A stretch of DNA of 64,000 bases from NCBI RefSeq assembly GCF_006345805.1, contig NC_043008.1, positions 12,524,001 to 12,588,000 of the forward strand. The letters run 5' to 3'. Of this stretch, positions 1 to 12,670 are shown piece by piece; the first letter of the stretch is position 1, and each line of letters opens with the position of its first letter. The notes under the pieces are model-generated. The model saw only the letters and a program-made list of their open reading frames with translations, was not told the origin of the DNA and did no database searches. Made by a program: the position numbers and the translations under genes. Origin of the DNA: Octopus sinensis (taxonomy: Eukaryota).

Positions 1-6
1 TATATA

Positions 7-40
<34 letters not shown>

Positions 41-251
41 TATATATATATGTATATATATATTATATGTATGTGTGTATATATATATGCATATGTATAT
101 ATATATATATATTATATGTATGTGTGTATATATATATGCATATATGTATATATATATTATATATATGTATATATATATATATATATATAATATATATATA
201 TATGTATATATATGTATATATATATGTATGCATATGTATATGTATGTATCT

Positions 252-282
<31 letters not shown>
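1..282. repeat. Degenerate (TA)n/(TATG)n microsatellite
   Basis: Visible directly; source of the YIYI ORFs. Confidence 0.95.
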
Positions 283-283
<1 letters not shown>

Positions 284-848
284 GGTTAGTTGCATTTCTC
301 ACTAAATCAACAAAACGCTACAAATGAATACACTTGGATAACTAAATTAACTTGATTAAATGCAATAAATTACTTGACAGTAGCAGAGTGTTAACCATGT
401 GGAATTGGTTTTGTGATGCGACAGAGTCATGTGTCAGCTACGTCTTTGATCCCTTTCATAGCAATTTTTATTTAACTCAATTAACGAACAGGAAAATGAG
501 GCTTAATCATTTTCTGTTAATCTCTGTTGTTCACATAAATTTTCTAAAGTTCATTTACGCCTCATATATGGAATGTCTTCTTAGCAGGTGGGAGTAGATT
601 CACGTCAATGAGTAATAAGTCACTGGAGTTATATCCAGGTAATATTGTCCATAGACAAAGGGATTTCACAAGGAACGTCATACATCTATGTCCAAGTTCA
701 TGACAGAAATTCATTCCCAGGCATCCCAGGAGACCCTGTTTGTATCCCCCTTCCCAGTTTCTTTCATGCCCCTTTGACACCGTCCAGTGAGGGACGCCCA
801 TAAAACATGTAGCGATTCTCAGAATATCACAATCTATTACTATTTGCT

Positions 849-1227
849 TACTCTTTACTCTTTACTCTTTTACTTGTTTCAGTCATTTGACAGCGGCCAT
901 GCTGGTGCACTGCCTTTAGTCGAGCAAATCGACCCCAGGACTTATTCTTTGTAAGCCTAGTACTTATTCTATCGGTTGTCTTTTGCCGAACCACTAAGTT
1001 ACTGGGATGTAAACACACCAGCATCGGTTGTAAAGCGATGTTGGGGGGACAGACACAGACACACAAACATATACACACATACACATATATATACATATAT
1101 ACAATGGGCTTCTTCCAGTTTCCGTCTACCAAAAGGCTTTGGTTGGCCTGAGGCTATAGTAGAAGACACTTGCCCAAGGTGCCACACAGTGCGACTGAAC
1201 TCGGGACCATGTGGTTGGTAAGCTTGC
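849..1227 (-). mobile_element. tRNA-derived CORE-type SINE (family A)
   Basis: Reverse complement shows a CORE-like GCACCTTGGGCAAGTGTCTT, an internal (TA/CA)n and a tail ...TGACTGAAACAAGTAAAAAGAGTAAAAGAG; about 20 related copies in the window. Confidence 0.85.
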
Positions 1228-1649
1228 GTAGATCTTGCTTAGATTCTTTTGGTCTTTTCTTTCTTCTTCCATCTACAATAGTTTCAGTTTTTCTTCTGAA
1301 GATAACTGGTTAACTAAATAGTAAGTCAAGTGATATTCTACACTGCTCTATAATTACACAAAAAACCCTCACCACTTAGACTCATCTATTGACCCCTCAG
1401 ACAAGTGCTGCATTTATTGATGAAATCAGTTTTGAAATGCAATGAAACCAAATTTTCTAAAACATGGAACAATCCTTGATTTTCTTGAAAAAGATCAGTT
1501 TTAGGAAAGGAGAACCTATTGACGTTTTCAGGAAAAGAATAGGTTGTAAGATTTACAAGTAGTTGGTTTTTTAAACCTGATAGTTTGAGAACTGTGCAAA
1601 TACGCATTTAAGAGTCATGTTTTCTCCAATAATTCTGTGCTGAAATCAC

Positions 1650-1996
1650 TGGTGATAGTTCCACGTAAAAAGCATGAAACACCAAGTACACTTTGTAAAG
1701 TGGTTAGTGTTATGAAGGGCACTCAGCTGTAGAAACCATAACAAAACAGATAATGAAACCTCCTGATTGTCCCAGCTCCTGTAAAGCTGTCCAACCCATG
1801 CCAGCATGGTAAATGGATGTTAAATGTTGATGATGATGAAGTAGACAAAATAATAGCTTTTGGAGAGGCTCCTGTGCAGGTGGCACATAAAAAGCACCTG
1901 GTGTAGCCATCTGGTTCGCCAGACCTCAGTCAAATCGTCCAACCCATGCTAGCTTTGAAAGCGGACGTTAAACGATGATGATGATGATGATGATGA
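1650..1996 (+). mobile_element. Two 3' fragments of family D (RTE-associated SINE/LINE tail with (GAT)n)
   Basis: TCCAACCCATGC(C/T)AGC...GGA(C/T)GTTAAA(C/T)G-(GAT)n occurs twice; the same tail is at 4585, 12680, 39830, 53200, 58760 and 62400. Confidence 0.75.
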
Positions 1997-2269
1997 AATT
2001 GTTTACATTTTATCTTTTCTGATAATGTTTGTGGCAGAATGGGGGTTGTGAAATTTGAATATTAAAGGGAGCAAAAATATTGGTTTATAGACTGGTGAAG
2101 ATTTTGCAGTTATTTCATTTTATATCATTGTCTTTTTTTTTTTGTTCATTTGTTTTGCAACACACAGAGATACATAAAACCTGAGTGGCATCTATTTTGG
2201 GTTAACACCTTTCCATAGCAACACACCTGACACTACCTCTGATTCTATAACATGAAATTCCTATTTCAA

Positions 2270-2792
2270 CCCTTTAGCATTTAAACTGGACATATCTGGC
2301 CCAAATATTTTACCTGTTTTATGTTCAAACTGGCCACATCTGGCCTCTCATACCTAATTGGTGGAGGCACACAGCCTAGTTGTTAGAGCAGTGGACTCGC
2401 GGTCGAGGGATTGCAGGTTCGAATCTCAGACTGGGAGTTTACTGTGTGTTTATGAGCAAAAACACCTAAGCTCCGCGCGGCTCCGGCACAAGGTAATGGC
2501 GAACTTCTGCTGACTCTTTCACCACAACTTTCTCTTACTCTTTCCTCCGGCATCTTGCAGCTCACCTGCGACGGACCGGTATCCCATCCTGGTGGGGAAC
2601 CTACATGCCAAGGAAACCAGGAAACCAGCCCTTATGAGCCAGGCATGGCTCGAGAAGGAACAAACAAACTCATACCTACTCTACAATATTATTCTAAAAA
2701 TAAGCAATAACATTGAGATAATCCATGATTAATGCAAAATAGTGTGAATGAATAAGCATTACATTTGACAGAATTATCTGAATGCTAAGAGG
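2270..2792. mobile_element. piggyBac-like MITE interrupted by a SINE
   Basis: Ends TCAA|CCCTTTAGCATT...AATGCTAAGAGG|TTAA; a related copy is at 37842-38047. Confidence 0.7.
2357..2668 (+). mobile_element. tRNA-derived SINE (family C), full length with TSD
   Basis: A-box-like CTAGTTGTTAGAG, B box GGTTCGAATC, tail GAAGGAACAAACAA; direct repeat CTCATACCTA at 2347-2356 and 2669-2678. Confidence 0.88.
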
Positions 2793-3057
2793 TTAAATTT
2801 ATATCTTAATCTTCCGTCAACATTTCTTATTAATTTATGGTCCAGTGACGAGCTTGATAATGATAAATTTGTTTCAATGAATTTTTTAGTATTTTCAAAA
2901 TTAAGTGAAACACAGTCAGTGTATTTCAGTGGAGATGTAGAAGAAAAGAATAGAATCAAGCAGACTGAAGAATGTTTTTGTATCATAACTATGTAAACAA
3001 GAAGTTCTGCATCTTATTTCTACTGTTTCTGTGCATCAACAGCGAAAACAGTTTTGA

Positions 3058-3780
3058 AAGCGGTGAGCTGGTAGAAACATTAGCACGGTGGGCAAAATGC
3101 TTAGCAGTATTTCGTCTGTCACCGTGTTATGAGTTCAAATCCTGCCAAGGTCGACTTTGCCTTTCATCCTTTCTGGGTCGATAAATTAACTACCAGTTGC
3201 ATACTGGAATCGATCTAATCGACTGGCCCCTTTCCAAAGATTTCGGGCCTTGTGCCTAGAGTAGAAAAGTATAAGGAGAACAATTTTGAGGGCAGCGAAC
3301 TGGCAGAAACGTTCGCACGCTGGGTGAGATGCTTAGCAGTATTTATTTCGTCTGCTGCTGTGTTCTGAGTTCAAATTCTGCCAAGGTCGACTTTGCCTTT
3401 CATCCTTTCAGGGTCGATTATTTAAGTACCAGTTACGCACTGGGTTTGATGTAATTGACTTAATCCCTCTGTCTGTCCTTGTTTATCCCCTCTATGTTTC
3501 GCCCCTTGTGGGCAATAAAGAAATAAGAAATGATAGCACGTTGGGTGAAATGCTTAGCGGTATTTCGTCTGTCTTTATGTTCCGAGTTCAAATTCTGCTG
3601 AGGTTGACTTTGCCTTTCATCCTTTGGGGTCAATAAATTAAGTACCAGTTGCATACTGGTACTAAAAGGATGAAAGGCAAAGTCAATCTCGGTGGAATTT
3701 GAACTCAGAACGTAAAGACAGACGAAATACTGCTAAGCATTTTGCCCGGTGCACTAACTATTCTGCCAGCTTGCTACCTT
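3058..3780. mobile_element. Cluster of four family-B SINE units (three +, one -)
   Basis: Repeated GAGCTGGCAGAA..GAGTTCAAATTC..GACTTTGCCTTTCATCCTTT(C)GGGGTCGAT..AAGTACCAG; central block resembles the Deu/Nin-type SINE domain (from memory). Confidence 0.82.
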
Positions 3781-4579
3781 ACCTTGCCACATATATATCT
3801 ATGTGTGTGTATGTCTGAGTATGCATTTGTCTCCCGGCACCGCTTCACAGCCAGTCTTGGTGTGTTTATATCACCATAACTTAGCAGTTTGACCGACAGA
3901 CTAAGTGCCAGGCTGAAAAAGAAATAATGGAATCGATTCATTCATTCATTCAACTTTCTACAAGGCAATGCCCCAGCATGGCCGTGGTTAAATGACTGAA
4001 ACAGGTAAAAGATAACAGACAAGTATAAATGAAACAGAGAGTCTTGTTTAAATACATGTGACTGTTTGAAGTCTGATCTGGTGGATGTTAATACAAACAT
4101 ATCCAGCATTCTGTAAAACAGTTAAAAGAGATAACTATGAGCGATAGGTTTTGTGATGTATATTACTTCAGAAAGATTAGTGGTTTTGTGATACTGATTG
4201 GAGAGCAGATTAGCATATTCTGTAAATTTTTTTGTTTGTTAGGTTTTTTTTAATCTTTGTTTGGTCTTTTTTTTATGTAATTTCTGTTTCTTTTACTTTT
4301 ATGCTTCCTGGCTTTTGGTTTCAGTCCTGAGAAATACTCGTTTTGTGGTTGATTTACTAGATTTTAACAGATAGTTTGTCTGTGAGTTGGGGGTGGAAAT
4401 CTGTAGCAAATTTCTTAAATGCAGGCAAAATAACCTTACAGAAGAAAGTAAAACAGTGTAAGTCTATTACTAAATTAGTGGTGAGTTTCTCTGTCTTTCT
4501 CTCAAAATGATTTTGTCTTTTGCATTGAAAAGAGGCCTTCAAAAATGTTAGAATAAGCAGGTAGATATATAATAATGAT

Positions 4580-4584
<5 letters not shown>

Positions 4585-4619
<35 letters not shown>

Positions 4620-4805
4620 GTTTAACGTCCGCTTTCCATGCTAGCATGGGTTGGACGGTTCAACTGGGGTCTGGGAAGCCAGAAGGCTTCACCAGGCCCA
4701 GTCAGATCTGGCAGTGTTTCTACAGCTGGATGCCCTTCCTAACGCCAACCACTCCGTGAGTGTAGTGGGTGCTTTTTATGTGCCACCGCTTTTTTATGTG
4801 CCACC
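4585..4805 (-). mobile_element. Family D 3' fragment with (CAT)n tail on the + strand
   Basis: CATCATCGTTTAACGTCCGCTTTCCATGCTAGCATGGGTTGGACGG. Confidence 0.8.
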
Positions 4806-4807
4806 AA

Positions 4808-4825
4808 ATAATGATAATAATGATA

Positions 4826-4871
<46 letters not shown>

Positions 4872-4872
4872 A

Positions 4873-4931
<59 letters not shown>

Positions 4932-4937
4932 TAATAA

Positions 4938-4970
<33 letters not shown>

Positions 4971-4998
4971 TGATGATAATAATGATAGTAATAATAAT
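4808..4998. repeat. (AAT)n microsatellite
   Basis: Visible directly. Confidence 0.95.
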
Positions 4999-5183
4999 CT
5001 CGAGAAGTACATGGAACAAACAGGGGCTGCAATAGGGGTGAAGCACTTGCAGAAAACAGCACTGCTTGGAACCGCTCGAATACTCCGGGAGGTGGTTGAA
5101 AAATAAGGGCTGTTACCTTAGTTCACTGGTAGCGAACAGCTGACACGGTAGTACATCTCCAGTATTAGAAGCTGTACAAAGGC
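4999..5183 (+). mobile_element. 5'-truncated R4/Dong-like (RLE) non-LTR retrotransposon 3' end
   Basis: Encodes LEKYMEQTGAAIGVKHLQKTALLGTARILREVVEK* (stop at 5106), matching the LQK.ALLGT.RILR C-terminus of RLE clades; short 3'UTR; (AAT)n on both sides. Confidence 0.8.
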
Positions 5184-5249
5184 AATGATAATAATAATAA
5201 TTATAATTATAATAATAATAATAATAATAATAATGATAATAAAAATAAT

Positions 5250-5710
5250 CCCTTCTTTATTGGCCACAAGGGCCAAGCATAAAAAAAACATATAGGGACA
5301 ATATGAAAACAAGGGACATGTGTAGTTTAAAACAAGGCATGTAAACGATAAAAAACAAAAACAGTTATCAAAAAATTCTAACAATAAAACTTTCCAATAG
5401 GAAGGAGTTCCACCCAGGGTCAACCAGGGTACCCTACACCTCCTGGTCATCCCAACTGCCAAGGGTAATAAAATGCTCTATCAGGGGCAATGAAGGTTTT
5501 GAGATTATAGTTTGGCCACAGGAGCAAGTAAGATTGAGAGCTCTGAGAAGTAAAATATAGTGGTAGCAATACTCCTGTGTTTTTCTCTCTCACAACATAT
5601 AAATGAGAAAGGAAGGGGTGATAGATGAATAAGGGAGGAAGGGGTGATGGCAAACTTGGTAGTGGGATGATGGAAGTTCTACGGTGAAGAGAAAACTCAA
5701 ACAGCATTTC
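5250..5710 (-). mobile_element. Probable LINE 3'UTR remnant
   Basis: Reverse complement ends GCCCTTGTGGCCAATAAAGAA, nearly identical to the family-B SINE tail; no ORF seen. Confidence 0.45.
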
Positions 5711-6849
5711 AACTCTGTGTGAGTGTATGTTAAAGGGAGGTATGGGAATGTTTGTGTGTGTGTATGTATGTGTGTGTGAGTGTGTGTGTGTTTGAGTGTG
5801 TAAGCATGTGGCTTAATGGTTAGGTGTTAATCTCATGTTCGTAAGATTGTGGTTTCAATTCCTAGACCGGGTGTGCGTGTGTATGTGTGTGTGTATGTGT
5901 GTGTATGTGTGTGTCTGTGCATGTGCATGTGTGTGTACATGTGTGTGTACATGTGCATATGTATCTGTGTGTATTTATGTATTATTTGGCTACATGTGCA
6001 CAAGTACGTATCATCATTTTCATCACTATATGTTTTACATCTGCTTTCCAAGCCAGTATGGGTTAGACAGGTAGTTACTGCACTCCGAGATGGGTTGGAC
6101 AGTCACATCTTACTCATAAGATTTATTTAGGGCTTGACCTCTTTGTCTGGATGTTCTTCCTAACACCAACCACTCTACAGAAAATACTAGGTGTACTTGT
6201 ATGAAGTACAAATCTCAGAGCCGCTGATAAATTTTAGAGATCATCAATTTTGTCCAGACATAAAAACAATGTTTGGATATATTTCTGAAATAATTTTGAA
6301 ATTATTGTTATAAAAATACATAAACTTAAGCGAGGAATTGGAAAACCTTTTTCCAAAAGCATGAATTTAATTTATCTAATGCAAATTTGCGTTTAGCAGA
6401 AAAATTCCAAAATAGATTCATAACAAACAATTTTTGATATTTATATTTATGGTTTAGAGTTTGTATGTTTGTTTTTGTTTTTCTTTGTTAATTTTTTTTC
6501 TCATTTTTGTACACACGTTTTGCATTTAATAAAGATACATATGGTCTTTGAACAATCCTAGCTTATTAATAAATTAATTGTTTTATCATTCATTTTTAAT
6601 TATTAAATGTTTATTCCGTGTGAATGTCACTATGACATCAAGTTTACTTTCATTGTTTCTTTTTACATATGCCCGGGGTGGGGGTGCGGGTGGTTAATCC
6701 ATCGAAATGTAACTCCCCATAAAAATTTAAATCTTCTGTTGTCATCGTCATCATCATCATCACTTCCCCTTGCTGATGTGGTTTCGATGGTCTCAAAAGA
6801 GGTAGCAAGCCTGAAAGCTGCACCAGACTCCATCTCTCTGTTTCATCAA

Positions 6850-7140
6850 GGTTTCTATGGCTGGATACCCTTCCTAACTTCAACCACTTTACAAAGCCTG
6901 CTGGGAGCATTTCACGTGGCACCAGCATAGGTGCTGTTTTACGTGGCACCAGCATGGGTACAGCTTTATGTGGTACCAGTGCAGTTACCTTTATTTTTTC
7001 ATGGCAAGAAGTGTGGATATTTTTTATGTGGTACCAAGAGAGAGCAATTTACATGGTACCAGCATGGGTGTTCTTTAAGTGGTACTAACACAGGGCTTTA
7101 TATGCGGCGCTAACATGGGTACTTTTCACATGACACCAAC
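6850..7140 (-). repeat. Family D fragment with a degenerate ~25-bp internal tandem array
   Basis: About 9 units of GGGTGCTTTTACGTGGCACCAGCAT-like sequence. Confidence 0.7.
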
Positions 7141-7534
7141 ACATAATAAATTCCACTTGTAGTTTGTTGATTGATAAATTGTGGCATTTGTTATCGAATG
7201 GGTCAATAAAGAGAAACCAACATATCTGGTTTTCTTACATGACAGGTGTACAATAAATAGGAAAGTTTCAAATCTTGGTATTGCTTTCAAATACTGCCAT
7301 AAGACACTATAATATACAGTTCTTTAATATATATATATCTTTGTGTGTGTGTGTGTATGTGTGTGTATGTATATATATATATGTATGTGTGTGTGTATAT
7401 ATATATAGAGAGAGAGAGAGAAGGAGAGAGAGAGAAATATTATTTCTAAATCTCTCTAAAAGACATATACATACCCACATGCCCATACAAAGTTTGTCCC
7501 AAATATAACGATTATAAAGCCAAAGTGGACTTAC

Positions 7535-7632
7535 CATTTTAATTAATTGACTAATTGACACAGGTCAGTCAAATTTCACATGCTGGTAGAGTAACTCTTC
7601 TTGTTTTTCTTCGTTACTAACAAATCACGAAC
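7535..7632 (-). other. Candidate exon: 5'UTR plus start codon (ATG at 7537-7535)
   Basis: Acceptor tgttggtttttgtttcag| and donor AAAATG|GTAAGTCC; in-frame TGA 10 codons upstream; unique non-repeat sequence. Confidence 0.55.
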
Positions 7633-8274
7633 CTGAAACAAAAACCAACATGCCATTATTAATTTCTTGACAGAGGCTGGCTTTACATGCCACTAAAGAA
7701 TTTCCCTACCTTGTTAAGTGTGTCTTTGTGTGGTGCATGCATGTCTGTATTTCATGTTCGTCTCTCATCATCATTAATATTTTACATTTGCTTTTCATGC
7801 AGGCATGAGTCGGAGGGATTATTACAGTCAGTACATATTCAGGATTATTGATTAATCCAATACATTTCAGTTTGGCTTGGTTTCTATGACTTGATGCTCT
7901 TCTTTCCCATCACCAACCACTTTACAGTCTACTGGTTGCATTTGGGAGGGAAATCAGCATATTTAGATAGGTGTCGTCTCCTTAACAAAACTAAAGGGTT
8001 CTCTTGCTTTCGCACTTTACAAAGTGTAATTTGTCATGACACTGGCACAAGACAGGGGATTATGTCTTTAATACATCGAGAAGGACTTCGCGATTCTTTA
8101 TCTCTGCTTGTTTGTCAGGCCTTTTAAAGGTGGGAAGCAAATGTGTGATAAGGGATGACTAATGGGGAGTGAGCCAGGGGCCACTTAGAGTTCTGAGATA
8201 CGTGCATAGAGATATTCAGGACAGCATGTGTGTACATGTGTGTGGGGGTCTACCTATCTATAGACACACACACA

Positions 8275-8645
<371 letters not shown>

Positions 8646-9614
8646 GAGTTGGCAAAAGGAGACGGAGAGAAAACCAGACTGAAGCTGAGTGCTAACTAGC
8701 ATCTATTGATTTTCAGAACTTTCCGTTTTTATGCAGCGCTAGGGTTAATTTTACAGATCATAAGTTTTATCCTGTATCTAGGTCAGATCCACAAATTTTC
8801 TCTGCAATGTAATATTCTCTGCAAATGCAGCTCTTACTCTGCCGTCTTTATCCACCTCTTACCTCTAAAATATAAAACATTCCAGTTGCTAAAATAGACA
8901 ACACAAAGCCCTCTGCATTTGTTTCTCCAAGAATTTCTAGATATTTCTTTAAATGACAGGGTCTACTTCTATGTTTGGTCTTTAACCTAAATTCAGTAAT
9001 CATCTGAGACTTATAACCACCTACTTTTCCTTACCTTATGTAATATATACTGTTACGTTTTGATTTTTTAGTATAAAACTTTGGCTGTGATTTATTTGAA
9101 AACTAATTAAAATTAATTTCAGAATTTTAGTGGTATGTTTAGAATTTTCAATTCAGCATCATTTTTTTTCTCACATTGTTTTCATCTGTGGCACTAAAAT
9201 TTACATCAAAAATGGTTGTCAAAGACTAAATTATAGACATAAATATCCCAGTGGGACTTATGTGTTAGTATTTCATGAATGTAATGAATTAAAATTATTA
9301 AAATTATATTTGTTATAATATCTTCTTAGCTTTGGTCTGAACAAACAAAGTTGTACTACATTTATATAATTTTTCGCTACCTTCTAATAAAATTTATTAA
9401 AATTTATAAAATGTATAAATGTGAAAGTAAAAAAAAATTACAAACGGATTAATATAATCGGTAGTCACCATAAAAGACACTATCGTTCCCTACGTCAATT
9501 TAGAAATGGTTTTAATAATGGTAAAATTGTAAATATTGTTTTGATTGAAAGTAAAAATACATCTGGATTTGAAAGCAATTGAAAATACAGTAAAACCACA
9601 TAATCACCTGTTTT

Positions 9615-9704
9615 GACAATAATGACAATGATGATGATTATGATGATGATGATGATAGCAACAACAACAACATCAATAATAATGATAATAGTAATAATGA
9701 TAAT

Positions 9705-9763
<59 letters not shown>

Positions 9764-9825
9764 TAATAATAATAATTACCAAGCTGCACTCGGTAGTGAA
9801 GTGAAATTACAATATAAAAAACCCA

Positions 9826-9882
<57 letters not shown>

Positions 9883-9897
9883 AATAATAATAATATC
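9615..9897. repeat. (AAT)n tract containing a ~50-bp Dong-like 3' terminus (9778-9830)
   Basis: AGCTGCACTCGGTAGTGAAGTGAAA...ACTGAATAAT matches the 3' end of the element at 34822-34990. Confidence 0.75.
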
Positions 9898-11099
9898 AAT
9901 GTCTCATGGAAATTAAATATTGCATCAACTGTGATGACTGATTGATACGGTGTCACATTAAAAAAATAATTAACTATGATAATGGTTTGGCATTTAATTT
10001 TGATTGAAAGACCTATGGAAATAGAATTTTCATTTTGGTGTTTTGAAAATTCATATGATAACTTCTAACTTAAATATTATTCCATTGCTTTTGTTCCCGA
10101 CATTATGAGAAATTGAAAACTTTGAGAGACTTGGAATAATTTGTATTTAATGGTGGAACTTAAAATAGATAGAGCTATGAAGAATAGAATACAAATATAT
10201 TGGGTCAAAAAAAATCCTTTGGAAATGTTAAAGTTGAAGGCTTTTTTTTTTACTTCGAGTTCCACTGTTAAAACAAATTACTTGTGTTCATATTTTCAAA
10301 GAATTCTGAAGAATAATGTTTATGGATAAGTGAAGTCAATCTAAAGTGAAAATATTGGATGTTTTATGTAGCATAAATTCTATTGTAATAACCACAATTC
10401 CTTCTTGGTTACCATATTTGAGAATAAATTATTTTCTGTGACAGTTTCCTCACGACGAAACTAAATAATTCATTTTGCTTAGTCTTACGCCTTACTTTGG
10501 TTAGCTATAATATTCTTCTCTATGTCTACCAAATACACACAACCGCGGACACACAGACACACACACATACAAGTACATACACACAAATATATATAAATAT
10601 ATCTTTGCATACTTTTTAAACAGATTCGTTACAACAGGTTGATTCACTTTATTAATTACTGAAAGTAATCCTGTTTTAATTTATTTTGTTTCTGATATAT
10701 ATTTGTGCCTGAATTTTATGCATTCCTTTCTTGATGAACTATCACTCTTAATTAAAAAGATATATCAAAATATTATTTAAATTATTTTTTTAAAATTTAT
10801 AACTAACTTCAATCTGAAATATATATCTACGTTATATTGATGTATTTGTGATTACATTAATGTGCACTCACATGTATATTTACAAACTCCATGTATTTAA
10901 GCAATCTTTTACATGTGTTTGTGAGAGAAACCAAACATTTTAATATCCTGAGTTCAAGCATTGTCTGTAATTTTATTCTGGATTAAAATATGAGTAGAAG
11001 CTATGGTACAATGTGACATACATTTCTGAATATATATATCTAAATGTGTGTTTATTCAGTACCATCTTTGTATGTATATATTTCTCATGAATATTTAAA

Positions 11100-11418
11100 T
11101 GGTTTGTTATATGTATGTATATCTGTATATTAGTACATATATACACACATATATATATGTTTGTATATATATGCATATATGTATGCATATTTGTGTGCAT
11201 GTATATGTATCCATATGTATGTATATGTATATATACATATGTATATGTGTGTGTGTGTATATATATTTATGTATGTATATGTATATATGCATGTATGTAT
11301 GCATATGTATATGTGTATATATGTATACATGCATACGTATATGTGTGTATATATATATTTATATGTATAGATGCATATATATATGTGTGTGTATATATGT
11401 GTGCATGTACATGTGTGC

Positions 11419-11467
<49 letters not shown>

Positions 11468-11695
11468 AATATAGGTATGTATGTACATATATATTTATAT
11501 ATGTACATATACATATATGTATATATGTATGTGTATGCATGTATATAACTATGTATATATATATATATATTTATGTATATATATATGTATATGTATATGT
11601 ATATATAGATAAACATACATATACACACACATACACACGCACACATATATATGTATGTAAACAAACGCTGGAGAGTATATACACACATATAGATA
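11100..11695. repeat. Degenerate (TA)/(TG) microsatellite
   Basis: Visible directly. Confidence 0.95.
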
Positions 11696-12144
11696 TAATT
11701 TCCATTATATACTTATGCAAGCATGGCTATGTGATTTGAGAAGAATTTTCTTTCATGACACAACCCCTTGGTTCCAGTTCGAATCCCCTATATTGCATGG
11801 AAGCTTGGGCAAATATACATTCTAGCATCACTTTGTATCAATCTAAATCTAAACGAGTGAAATTAGGCATATATTACGCGGAAACTCATCAGATTGTTTT
11901 CTTCTTGTGTGATAGATTGAAAATGTGGGTTGGTTTAACACCCCCACTTGCCCTCTGGGTGCCTTTAGTGAAGTCCACTCTTTTACAAGCGTTTAGACCA
12001 GACCTCAAGTTCGAAGGTAACTCACAGTTTGTACAGTATTTCTCCGTTTCGCTCACCTTTCTCATACGTCCATAGAACTTTACATAAAAGGTTATGGGCA
12101 CTTCCTATTCCTCTTTTGACTCAGCCATGTAAAAATGTAAAAAT

Positions 12145-12179
12145 ATGCATGTATACATACATGCATATATATATAGATA

Positions 12180-12274
<95 letters not shown>

Positions 12275-12583
12275 GTATATATACATATATATATACGCAT
12301 GTATATATATACGTATACATATATATACATATATACTTATATATATGCATATATATAAACATATATATATATACACATATATACATATATATACTTATAT
12401 ATATGTATATGCAGTGTCTATACATACATATATATATATTGAAAATGGGGAATGTTGGTTTATGGGATTACCTTAGGTTTCCCATCCATAAAGAGTTTAG
12501 CATTATGGTGTATAGTCAGATCCCAAAAACCTGTTGCCACATCTATATATATGTGTGTATGTGTGTACACACACATATATACC

Positions 12584-12621
<38 letters not shown>

Positions 12622-12670
12622 TATATGCATGTACACATACATACATACATACATATATATATATATATAT
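12145..12670. repeat. (TA)n-rich microsatellites
   Basis: Visible directly. Confidence 0.9.

Noticed and set aside
36-327. YIYI/CVCV ORFs here and at 8169-8571, 11099-12767, 14218-14629 and 59407-59704
   Set aside because: Translations of dinucleotide microsatellites
352-801. ORFs in unique sequence near the window start
   Set aside because: No recognisable domain or convincing splice-site pair
4048-4110. Strong minus-strand acceptor (ctcttttaactgttttacag) as the next coding exon after the ATG
   Set aside because: Phase-0 reading stops after 20 codons and only weak donors precede the stop
4651-5106. 151-aa ORF with poly-Asn
   Set aside because: Chance fusion of a SINE tail, (AAT)n and a Dong-like stub
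11755-12101. 106-aa (+) and 70-aa (-) ORFs
   Set aside because: The + ORF starts in a SINE remnant; neither shows homology I recognise or splice support
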